DNA from: Microcoleaceae cyanobacterium
Lineage (GTDB): Bacteria; Cyanobacteriota; Cyanobacteriia; Cyanobacteriales; Microcoleaceae
Assembly: GCA_051652765.1 (NCBI GenBank)
Contig: JBOFUV010000059.1
Span: 1-22,569 of the forward strand
Length of the DNA stretch: 22,569 nucleotides
Direction of reading: 5' to 3'
The notes below the pieces were generated by a model, which was given only the letters and a program-made list of their open reading frames with translations, was not told the DNA's origin and ran no database searches. Shown piece by piece: positions 1 through 7,658 of the stretch (positions within the stretch are counted from its first letter, which is position 1; the number at the start of each line of letters is the position of its first letter). The position numbers and the translations under genes were made by a program.

Positions 1-2
1 CA

Positions 3-1589
3 TTGCGGGTGCGGAAAGCAGACATTGAAGACTGGGTCAACTACTTTATCAGCTTAATCTGCCGAGACCAACGAATTCGGAAAGTTCGGATCACTCCAGA
101 GGCTCTGAGACGACTGCAAGCCTATGATTTCCCCAACAACCTGCGGGAGTTAGAAAGCTTGGTAGCCCGAGCAATTGTGCAGCTTCAGGGCGGTGCAGAA
201 ATTACCGAAGAAATTATCTGGCCTGCCCAAACGAAGAAAAAACAATTTCGCGTCAACCTCCTGAATGCCTATCCTGACCTCAGGCGGTTTCTCAGAAGTC
301 CCTGGTGGCCTGATCGACTGAATTACAGTTTTACCGTCTTGGTCTTTGCCTTGATTAATCTGATCTTGTTCATCGGCCCCCAAACCCGAGACCAAAACTT
401 TGCCTTGAACTTATTTTGGGCGTGGTGGTGGCCGCTCGTGTTAATTAGCTTTCCGTTTGTTGGACGGGCGTGGTGTGCTGTTTGCCCCTTTATGATTTAT
501 GGAGAAATTGCTCAAAAACTTTCCTTGAAATTCTTCCCCAGATCGTTAAGATCTTGGCCCAGGCAAACTGCGGAGCGCTGGGGCGGTTGGTTTCTCTTCG
601 GGCTATTTGCCTTGATTTTACTCTGGGAAGAATTGTGGAATTTAAAGAATACCGCCTATCTCTCGTCCTGTTTGCTCCTGCTCATTACTGCCGGAGCTGT
701 CATTTTCTCGGTTTTATTTGAGCGGCGACTGTGGTGTCGTTATCTCTGTCCGATTGGCGGGATGAATGGCATGTTTGCGAAGTTGTCCATGACAGAATTG
801 CGCGCCCAACAGGGAACGTGTTCAGCAGAATGTACCACCTATCAATGTTATAAGGGCGGGCCACAAAAAGGCGAAGGATTGGCAACTGCGGGCTGTCCCT
901 TGTATTCTCATCCGGCTCAACTGGTTGATAATCGAGATTGTGTGCTGTGTATGACCTGTTTAAAAGCGTGTCCTCACCGTTCCGTAGAGCTGAATCTGCG
1001 CCCACCAGGGATTGAATTGTGGACAACTCATACTCCACGAACTTATGAAGTTGCCCTGTTATTTCTGTTGTTAAATGTTGTTTTTCTGCATCACTTACCG
1101 GAAGTGAATCAGTTAATTCACGCTAACATCAACATAATTTCATTCTGGCCGCATCTTGCAGCCTCTGTCATGCTTTTAAGCTTGCCTATTCTTCTACCAA
1201 TTGTTGCCCATGGAACCTTACAATTCATGGTTCGAACTGGGCTCAGTCCCCTGAAACCCCGGCGATTTATTGAATTGGCCTATGGTTATCTCCCCTTAGT
1301 GTTAGCAGGAAACTTAGCTCATTACCTACACCTAGGGTTGTCAGAAGCCGGAAGAATTCTACCCGTTACTTTTGCCACCTTTGGGCTAAATGGGGGAGGG
1401 TTGCCCATTGTGGTTGCCCATCCTGCTGTTGTGAGTTTTCTGCAAGCAGTTACCCTGGTTATAGGGCTACTCGCTTCGATTATTCTGACTCAAAAAATTG
1501 CTCGCCAACCGTTTCGGTTTCTTCTGCCTCAGCATCTTAGTATTCTGATCCTAACGGTATTACTTTGGCAGGTGATTTCTAATGCTTAA
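3..1589 (+). CDS. 5'-truncated fusion protein: C-terminal end of a sigma54-activator-type AAA+ domain joined to a polytopic membrane 4Fe-4S-binding domain (NapH/NosR/RdxA-like)
   Basis: The frame is open from the window edge. (P)LRVRKADI and YDFPNNLRELESLVARA match the PLRER.EDI and Y.WPGNVREL motifs of NtrC-family AAA+ domains. These are followed by many TM segments, two C..CP motifs (WCAVCP, WCRYLCP) and the ferredoxin motif CVLCMTCLKACP. TTG at 3 is an internal Leu, not a start. Confidence 0.85.
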   Translation: MRVRKADIEDWVNYFISLICRDQRIRKVRITPEALRRLQAYDFPNNLRELESLVARAIVQLQGGAEITEEIIWPAQTKKKQFRVNLLNAYPDLRRFLRSPWWPDRLNYSFTVLVFALINLILFIGPQTRDQNFALNLFWAWWWPLVLISFPFVGRAWCAVCPFMIYGEIAQKLSLKFFPRSLRSWPRQTAERWGGWFLFGLFALILLWEELWNLKNTAYLSSCLLLLITAGAVIFSVLFERRLWCRYLCPIGGMNGMFAKLSMTELRAQQGTCSAECTTYQCYKGGPQKGEGLATAGCPLYSHPAQLVDNRDCVLCMTCLKACPHRSVELNLRPPGIELWTTHTPRTYEVALLFLLLNVVFLHHLPEVNQLIHANINIISFWPHLAASVMLLSLPILLPIVAHGTLQFMVRTGLSPLKPRRFIELAYGYLPLVLAGNLAHYLHLGLSEAGRILPVTFATFGLNGGGLPIVVAHPAVVSFLQAVTLVIGLLASIILTQKIARQPFRFLLPQHLSILILTVLLWQVISNA

Positions 1590-1655
1590 CCTAGGGGATC
1601 TGGCATCACACAAACAAGCTCATCTCATCTTCCTTAACAATTAATTAGGATTACT

Positions 1656-2060
1656 ATGAAACAATCAAGAGTGCTTAGAGCTGTATTTTTTTCTCTGCTG
1701 AGTCTAGTCTGGTTTCTAGGTCTAAACTCATCATCAGCTTGGGCTGCTGGAGCACAGAGCGTCAAACAATGTTCGGGGACAGAGCCATTTTGGAGCCTAA
1801 CACTTGACAACTCCCAAATTAAATTTGAGCGAGCAGGAGGATCGATCTGGTCTATTCCTAAAACCACCGCTAATTCTGCCCAAGGAAAGCCCGCAGATTA
1901 TCTGGCTTTGTATCAGGGCAAAGTGCGAGAACAGTCAGGCAGATTTTTAAATGTCATCATTGAGCAGGGCAATTGTAGTGATGGAATGTCAGATAACACC
2001 TATCCTTACAACGTCTATGTTCTCAGTGGGCGAGAGTTATACCGAGGCTGTTGTCGTTAA
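1656..2060 (+). CDS. COG3650-like secreted protein
   Basis: N-terminal signal peptide (AWA/AGA cleavage region), followed by GTEPFWSL, CSDGMSD..YPY and terminal YRGCC motifs typical of the family. Confidence 0.75.
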   Translation: MKQSRVLRAVFFSLLSLVWFLGLNSSSAWAAGAQSVKQCSGTEPFWSLTLDNSQIKFERAGGSIWSIPKTTANSAQGKPADYLALYQGKVREQSGRFLNVIIEQGNCSDGMSDNTYPYNVYVLSGRELYRGCCR

Positions 2061-2094
2061 CTCGGGACTATTTTAGCGCCCCAATAGCTACAAG

Positions 2095-2126
2095 CCTCCC
2101 CTTAGCAAGGGGAGGTTGAAAGGGGT
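2095..2126. repeat. Short palindromic dispersed repeat (CCTCCCCTT-AGC-AAGGGGAGG plus G-rich tail)
   Basis: Perfect 9-bp inverted repeat at 2095-2103/2107-2115 followed by TTGAAAGGGGT. It resembles the CCCCTT-nnn-AAGGGG small repeats common in filamentous cyanobacteria and lies between convergent genes. Confidence 0.6.
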
Positions 2127-2149
2127 CTAATCTGTTGTGGCATGTTCAA

Positions 2150-2175
2150 AGCAAGATGGCTTGATAAGCCTTGCT
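2150..2175 (-). terminator. Possible hairpin terminator downstream of rplA
   Basis: The minus strand reads AGCAA-GGCTT-ATC-AAGCC-(ATC bulge)-TTGCT, about 35 nt past the rplA stop, with only a weak U tail. Confidence 0.3.
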
Positions 2176-2209
2176 AAACTACCGCAATTGCCAACCTTGT
2201 CTTAATTGA

Positions 2210-2923
2210 TTAAGCCGCTTCTAATTTAAGATCCCGTAAAGCATTGATATCAACTTGAATCGAAGGCCCCATCGTTGCCGTAACATAGATACTGCGCCAG
2301 TAACGGCCTTTAGCACCGGAAGGACGGTTGCGATCGATGCAATCTTGCAATGCTGAAAGATTAGCCAACAGATCTTCAGCCGGAAAAGACGCTTTGCCAA
2401 ACATCACATGAACAATTCCAGTTCGATCTGCCCGGAATTCTAACTTGCCAGCTTTGAATTCAGCGATCGCCCCAGTTAAATCAGTCGTGACTGTGCCGCC
2501 CTTAGGAGAAGGCATTAACCCTTTTGGGCCCAGTAGACGACCGAGCTTGGCAACTTGGGGCATCATATCTGGGGTTGCAATCAGCAGATCAAAGTCCAAC
2601 ATTCCTTTCTGAATATCGGCGATGAGATCCTCAGAGCCTACAATTTCTGCGCCAGCGCCTTGGGCTTCAGCGACTTTTTCTCCCTTAGCTAATACCGCGA
2701 TCCGAACCGTTTGACCCGTTCCTTTTGGCAGCGCGACAGTTGTCCGCAACTGTTGGTCAGTGTACTTGGGATCAATTCCAAGACGAATGTGAGCTTCAAC
2801 AGACTCTGGAAACTTAGCTGTAGCGGTTTCCTTGAGCAACTGAAGGGCATCCATGGGAGCGTAAGGGCGATCCTCAACCTTCTTCAGAAGTTCCCGTAGA
2901 CGACGTGAGACTTTTTTAACCAT
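2210..2923 (-). CDS. rplA: 50S ribosomal protein L1
   Basis: [44 protein letters not shown] and TMGPSI motifs; AGGAGG SD at 2929-2934. Confidence 0.99.
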   Translation of the reverse strand: MVKKVSRRLRELLKKVEDRPYAPMDALQLLKETATAKFPESVEAHIRLGIDPKYTDQQLRTTVALPKGTGQTVRIAVLAKGEKVAEAQGAGAEIVGSEDLIADIQKGMLDFDLLIATPDMMPQVAKLGRLLGPKGLMPSPKGGTVTTDLTGAIAEFKAGKLEFRADRTGIVHVMFGKASFPAEDLLANLSALQDCIDRNRPSGAKGRYWRSIYVTATMGPSIQVDINALRDLKLEAA

Positions 2924-2928
2924 TTATT

Positions 2929-2966
2929 CCTCCTGGGGTGCTAGCGAAGGGTTAACCTCTTCCCCA
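2929..2966 (-). promoter_or_regulatory. Putative L1-binding autoregulatory mRNA element abutting the rplA Shine-Dalgarno
   Basis: The minus strand reads UGGGG-AAG-AGG-UUAAC-CCU-UCGCUAGCA-CCCCA-GGAGG: two helices around an asymmetric internal loop with AG and GCUA strands, as in known L1 leaders. Confidence 0.65.
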
Positions 2967-3013
2967 AATTAATAGTGAACAGAACTTGACACATTGAGAA
3001 CAGTAGGATCGGA

Positions 3014-3048
3014 CTGACAAGCCAAAGCAATAGGCTCCAGCCAGTCAG
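3014..3048 (-). other. Stem-loop in the rplK-rplA spacer
   Basis: CUGAC-UGGC-UGGAGC-CUAUU-GCUUUG-GCUU-GUCAG. It pairs much better on the transcribed (-) strand through G-U pairs. No U tail. Confidence 0.45.
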
Positions 3049-3051
3049 AAC

Positions 3052-3477
3052 TTATTCCGTTACCGTAATGCCCATGTTGCGAGCTGTACCTGCCACAATT
3101 TTCATTGCCGCATCAATATCATTCGCATTCAAATCAGGCATTTTTGCTTCAGCAATCTCTCGCAACTGAGCCTGGGAAATGTTCCCAACCTTAATTTTAT
3201 TGGGCTGACCCGAGCCGCTCTCAACCCCTGCTGCTTTCTTGATTAAAACAGATGCAGGAGGAGTCTTGAGGATAAATGTAAAGCTCCGATCCTCGTAGAC
3301 AGAAATTTCGACTGGGACAACCAAACCTACCTTATCCGCAGTTTTAGCATTGTACTCTTTGCAAAACATCATAATATTGACCCCGTGCTGACCCAGTGCT
3401 GGGCCAATTGGAGGAGCCGGGTTTGCTTTTCCCGCTGTAATTGCAAGTTTGATAACTGCGACAATCTTCTTTGCCAT
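3052..3477 (-). CDS. rplK: 50S ribosomal protein L11
   Basis: [30 protein letters not shown] and GTARNMGI motifs; 141 aa. Confidence 0.99.
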   Translation of the reverse strand: MAKKIVAVIKLAITAGKANPAPPIGPALGQHGVNIMMFCKEYNAKTADKVGLVVPVEISVYEDRSFTFILKTPPASVLIKKAAGVESGSGQPNKIKVGNISQAQLREIAEAKMPDLNANDIDAAMKIVAGTARNMGITVTE

Positions 3478-3480
3478 ACC

Positions 3481-4119
3481 TTAGCCCTGTTTCTCCACCT
3501 GATTGAACTCTAACTCTACCGGGGTATCCCGTCCAAAAATTGACAGCAAGGCTTTCAGCTTATTGCGCTCTGGACTGACCTCAACTACGTCCCCTTCAAA
3601 ATCTTTGAAAGGGCCAGATAGCACTAAAATATGATCTCCAGTTGTCACTGAAACATGAACGACAAGCTCCTGCTGTTCAGCCTGCCTAAAGATCCGCTCG
3701 ACTTCTGATGAACTCAAAGGCAAAGGCTTCACATGCCCTCGACCTCTACCTAGGCTCCGCTTTTGCTCTGCGCCAACAAAGTTAATCACATGGGGGGTGT
3801 TTTTAATCACCTGCCACGCTTCATCATCTACATCCCAGCTATTCTGGTCACCGCTCCAATTCAGACGCATCTGCACCAACACATAGCCTGGAAAAACCTT
3901 TTCCTCGCTCTGTTGACGGCTGCCATCCTTACGAAGCTTAATCATTGGAGCTTGAGGAATCTGAACCTGTAAGATCCGATCCGCAACATCCAAGGTTTTG
4001 ACCCGCTGCTCAAGATTGAGCTTAACCCGCTTTTCGCAACCTGAAGCCACCTGAACAACATACCAACGAACTGCTCCAGGAGAGTTTCGCTCTACTGGCG
4101 TTTCTTCAAACTCTGTCAT
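3481..4119 (-). CDS. nusG: Transcription termination/antitermination factor NusG
   Basis: NGN domain (WYVVQVASGCEKRV, KVFPGYVLV) and KOW domain (VLSGPFKDFEG, IFGRDTPVELEF); located between secE and rplK. Confidence 0.98.
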   Translation of the reverse strand: MTEFEETPVERNSPGAVRWYVVQVASGCEKRVKLNLEQRVKTLDVADRILQVQIPQAPMIKLRKDGSRQQSEEKVFPGYVLVQMRLNWSGDQNSWDVDDEAWQVIKNTPHVINFVGAEQKRSLGRGRGHVKPLPLSSSEVERIFRQAEQQELVVHVSVTTGDHILVLSGPFKDFEGDVVEVSPERNKLKALLSIFGRDTPVELEFNQVEKQG

Positions 4120-4153
4120 AAACCTAGACCACTAAGACTTGCCCGATGTAGGG

Positions 4154-4381
4154 TCATTGAAACACCTGTATCGATGCCCATTTGAACAAGTTGTCAACTA
4201 GATAGATGATCGTGGCTGAAAGAATAATCATCAACAGAACGCCCGCTGATTCACTAAAAAGCTGTTGGCGACTAGGCCAGACAACCTTGGTTAGCTCCTC
4301 CCTAGATTCCCTGAGGAACCTAACAACTAGGCTAGACTCGCTTGAAGCCTCCTGAACTTTTATTTCATCTTTCTTGACCAC
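4154..4381 (-). CDS. secE: Preprotein translocase subunit SecE
   Basis: FLRESREELTKVVWPSRQQL motif plus one TM helix. A GTG start at 4381, with GGAGG upstream, gives 75 aa, shorter than the ORF-track call. Confidence 0.95.
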   Translation of the reverse strand: MVKKDEIKVQEASSESSLVVRFLRESREELTKVVWPSRQQLFSESAGVLLMIILSATIIYLVDNLFKWASIQVFQ

Positions 4382-4447
4382 CGGAACCTTCCTCCCGCTG
4401 AGTTGACCCCACAATATCACCAAATCCAATAAAACCAGCAAGATCTC

Positions 4448-4456
4448 ATAATAGCA
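4448..4456 (-). promoter_or_regulatory. Possible extended -10 box for secE-nusG-rplK-rplA
   Basis: The minus strand reads TGcTATTAT about 67 nt upstream of the secE GTG. Motif match only. Confidence 0.3.
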
Positions 4457-4649
4457 TAAATAAGGGATAAGCTTGTTGCACTAGAGATAATGCCAAGCTA
4501 GTTACCATGCTGCTTTTATTCTAAAAACTTCAGTCATACCATCAGACATCTGGCCTGCCTAGACCCAGCGTGAATATCTGTAAACTTCCCTATTTCCTTA
4601 GAATTCAAGCTGACCTTCAAAAAGCCAATTTAGCTGTTTGTATGCTAAA

Positions 4650-4722
4650 CGCGCCCTGGAGGACTTGAACCCCCGACATCAGGTTTTGGAGACCTGCGTT
4701 CTACCAACTGAACTAAGAGCGC
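4650..4722 (-). tRNA. trnW: tRNA-Trp (anticodon CCA)
   Basis: The minus strand reads GCGCTCTTAGTTCAGTTGGTAGAACGCAGGTCTCCAAAACCTGATGTCGGGGGTTCAAGTCCTCCAGGGCGCG: a 73-nt cloverleaf with anticodon arm CAGGT-CTCCAAA-ACCTG. The 3' CCA is not encoded. Usual position upstream of secE. Confidence 0.98.
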
Positions 4723-4809
4723 ATCTTAATAAGACTTCATCTTTTCTAAGATAGCACAGAATGGTGTCGTTTCTGGAATTTGAATTGGGCTGAGAATGGG
4801 TGAGACCTT

Positions 4810-4848
4810 AACATCTCGCTGAAACATCTTGCTGAAACACTTCGCTGG
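4810..4848. repeat. 13-nt tandem repeat x3
   Basis: AACATCTCGCTGA AACATCTTGCTGA AACACTTCGCTGG. Confidence 0.7.
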
Positions 4849-4872
4849 GCCGACCCATTTTTCCTTCAGGAA

Positions 4873-4902
4873 TTTAAGGGAGGGCCTTGAACCTCCCTTA
4901 AA
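4873..4902 (-). terminator. 11-bp hairpin overlapping the rplS stop codon (terminator or processing/stability stem)
   Basis: Perfect inverted repeat TTTAAGGGAGG-N8-CCTCCCTTAAA with no strong U tract. Confidence 0.5.
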
Positions 4903-5284
4903 GGGGGCGATCAAAACGTTGCTTAACCCGAGTTGCTTTACCCACGCGATCCCGCAAATAATAAAGCTTGGCACGCCGCACTCTACCCCGACGAGTGACC
5001 TTGATATTGGCAATCAGGGGAGAATGTAGGAGAAATACTCGCTCTACTCCTACCCCTTGGAAAACTCGTCGTACGGTAATGGCTTCATTGATGCCGCCAC
5101 TCCGCATCGCAATTACAGTTCCCTCATAGGGCTGAACCCTCTCCTTGCCCCCCTCCTGAATTCGAACGCCAACCCGGATTGTATCTCCAACGTAAATCTC
5201 TGGCAGCTTTGCATTTTTAGTCTGCTCTTGTAAATTCTTAATCTCTTCCGCTTCAAGGGCGCGGATAATTTCTTGGGCTTGCAT
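4898..5284 (-). CDS. rplS: 50S ribosomal protein L19
   Basis: [38 protein letters not shown] and [12 protein letters not shown] motifs. Confidence 0.99.
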   Translation of the reverse strand: MQAQEIIRALEAEEIKNLQEQTKNAKLPEIYVGDTIRVGVRIQEGGKERVQPYEGTVIAMRSGGINEAITVRRVFQGVGVERVFLLHSPLIANIKVTRRGRVRRAKLYYLRDRVGKATRVKQRFDRPL

Positions 5285-5315
5285 GGCAAATTTTTATAAA
5301 AACTCACAATCTCCA

Positions 5316-5321
5316 ATTATA
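5316..5321 (-). promoter_or_regulatory. Likely -10 box of the rplS promoter
   Basis: Perfect TATAAT on the minus strand 32 nt upstream of the rplS ATG. Confidence 0.5.
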
Positions 5322-5543
5322 GGCGAAGCCTGTCTTTTGTTCGAAGATTCTCTTTAATTTCTTCAGCAACTTCTGCAGCAAAGCTACGGTTGAACTTTTG
5401 GAGTCATCAGGAATTCTGGGATAAAGGGGGTTTTGAGTTATGATTATGGGGCAGAACCGCCTGTTTTAGGTTTAAGGTCTTGCACAAGGCGTTTCAGCTT
5501 CTAGCTTGGCTGACTAGCGGGTCAATTGTGAGGTTAACTGCAG

Positions 5544-7385
5544 ATGGGCATACAGGACAATCAGCCCCTATCCTCGGGATCAGATCAGGGAAGGTCACCG
5601 GAAGAGGTTTTGAGTTCAGTCATTGATGAGCTTGAAAGTTTCCAGCGGGATGTCAAGCAAGGGCTGTCCCAGGATGTTGAACGGTTGCAGCGGGATAAGC
5701 AACATTTGATTCAAGAAATTGAGCAACTGCGGCGAGAACAAGAGGATCTGCGCTTTCAACGTCTACAGACCCTGTCAGAACGTCAGATTGCTCAGCAGCA
5801 GGTTTGGCTAAAGCAGTTAGCTCAGTTACTTGCGAGTAATCTCCAACGAGAGTTGATCCTGCGAGTGGGTCAAAATCAGGCTTTTGCCGATCAGCCGTTA
5901 CTTGAAGTTGATCCGGAAGGACTGTTGGCTTCTGGTAGAGAAATTAATGCTGATCTCCCTCCCCAAGAGTTGGAGGCTGTTTTAGATCGAAGCTTGAATC
6001 AGACGTTTCGTGAGCTTCAGCAAGAGTTAAATAGCTACCAGAGCGATCTTTCCCAACGGTTAACCCACATGCAAAGTCTAGAACAGCAGGTTGAAGCCCT
6101 GTTGGAGACTGTGGTAGCCCGTCTGCGAGAACAGCTTGATACGTTTTCTGGCCTTGAACCTCGGCCAACACCCCAAAGCATTTCGGAGTCCAATCCAATC
6201 TCCCTCCCGCCTAGACGGGTTATGCCTGAATCTTCTCAGCCCACTGTTCAGTCTATTGTTCAGCCCGCTGTTACTCCTGCGCCACAACAACTGCCTCTTC
6301 AACCACCACAGCCTCAACAACTGCGATCGCAGCGGGCTAAGCCAGCTTCTCAAGTTCAGTTGGGGCTGTTTTTGGCGTTTCTGTCAGCGGTGACTCTATC
6401 AGTTTTTAATGTTTGCATTAAAATCCTGCTGAAGTCTCCTGAGCCTCGTCAAATTTTTGGTCTATTTGAAGTGAATGGATTGATTGCCCCAGGGGTTGGC
6501 AATTCCTTGTTGATTTTATTGCTACGCATGATTGTGGTGATTGCGCTAATGCCTGTGGTTTCGACATTCCTCTATCCAGTGGTTTGGAGTGATTTACGAC
6601 GGTTCCTGCGCTCGGGTGATTCTGCCCTGATGCGAGCTGTGATTGGTAGCGGTTTTTTTCTGTTTTTATCCCAAGTTTCGATTTATATTGCCCTAGGAGA
6701 AATTCGGACTGGGGTTGCGATTACGATTTTCTTTATCTATCCCATTGTGACTGTGTTTGCCTCTTGGGGGTTGTTTGGCGATCGCCCCAGTTGGATTCGG
6801 ATTGGAGCGATGTCATTGATTGTGACGGGGGCTGTTCTGAGCCTTCCAGACTTTTTTGGCGGAGCAGGAAGGCCCATTGCGTTTGGCAATCCCCAACTGG
6901 GAGTGATCGCGTCGATCTGTGCAGGCGTAACCTTTGCTGGGTATGTGCTGTTAACCCAACTGGCTGCAGGCAAGCTTCATCCGATTCCGTTTAGCTTGGT
7001 TAACTTTGCCTCTATCTTTGTATTTTCTGCGGTCAGTCTGATTGGAATTGGATTAATCGATACCTTAGTTGGTGGTCTGCCCAAGGGAATCGGCGTTCTG
7101 ATTGATCCGAGCGTCGGTCGAGGATTACTGATCGGGGGTCTGATTCTTGGCGTCCTCACCCTATTTAGCTATTTATTGAATAACTTTGCAATTCGCTATG
7201 CCGGGGCGGCCTTGGCTTCGATTATTGGGACAACAGGGCCCGCGTTAACGGCGCTGTTTGCCTGGTTGATCATTGGCGAGAAGCTCAGTGGTTGGCAAGT
7301 TGGTGGGATGTTTCTGGTGATTTCTGGGGTGGCTGTCATGAGTTTTGAGCGGATGTCAATCGCCCAGAAAAAAGCAAAATCCTAA
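5544..7385 (+). CDS. sepJ: Septal junction protein SepJ/FraG (coiled coil + Pro/Gln linker + DMT/EamA permease)
   Basis: About 200-aa bipartite coiled coil with SepJ-like segments (QQQVWLKQLAQLLA; TFRELQQELNSYQSDLSQRLTHM), a ~70-aa Pro/Gln/Ser linker and a ~340-aa DMT permease (GVAITIFFIYPIVT, GPALTALFAWLIIGEKL). Confidence 0.85.
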   Translation: MGIQDNQPLSSGSDQGRSPEEVLSSVIDELESFQRDVKQGLSQDVERLQRDKQHLIQEIEQLRREQEDLRFQRLQTLSERQIAQQQVWLKQLAQLLASNLQRELILRVGQNQAFADQPLLEVDPEGLLASGREINADLPPQELEAVLDRSLNQTFRELQQELNSYQSDLSQRLTHMQSLEQQVEALLETVVARLREQLDTFSGLEPRPTPQSISESNPISLPPRRVMPESSQPTVQSIVQPAVTPAPQQLPLQPPQPQQLRSQRAKPASQVQLGLFLAFLSAVTLSVFNVCIKILLKSPEPRQIFGLFEVNGLIAPGVGNSLLILLLRMIVVIALMPVVSTFLYPVVWSDLRRFLRSGDSALMRAVIGSGFFLFLSQVSIYIALGEIRTGVAITIFFIYPIVTVFASWGLFGDRPSWIRIGAMSLIVTGAVLSLPDFFGGAGRPIAFGNPQLGVIASICAGVTFAGYVLLTQLAAGKLHPIPFSLVNFASIFVFSAVSLIGIGLIDTLVGGLPKGIGVLIDPSVGRGLLIGGLILGVLTLFSYLLNNFAIRYAGAALASIIGTTGPALTALFAWLIIGEKLSGWQVGGMFLVISGVAVMSFERMSIAQKKAKS

Positions 7386-7624
7386 AGGATGGTAACCAAG
7401 TTGAGTTCTGATGGATAGCAGGTTATCTTCAACTTGAGGAACCTAGTCAATGTGCTTGCACGCCAAGCAATTGATTACCCCACAATCAAAGCTTGCTCTA
7501 GAAAAGGTTAGGCAACTACTACGCGATGCTGGAAAGAAACTGGGCAGGTTGTCGAAGAATGTCTCAAACAGAGCCATCACGAAGGGGTTAACAACAAATT
7601 TGATTCCCTAGTGAACCCCTCAAT

Positions 7625-7652
7625 AGTTATTCTATGAAAGTTATTCTATGAA
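7625..7652. repeat. Perfect 14-nt tandem duplication
   Basis: AGTTATTCTATGAA x2, next to the stop of the Tab2-family gene. Confidence 0.75.
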
Positions 7653-7658
7653 GATAAA

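Noticed and set aside
4382..4722. tRNA-Trp as an integration site for an island or prophage
   Set aside because: No integrase and no duplicated tRNA 3' end seen; the tRNA is in its normal rplS/secE context.
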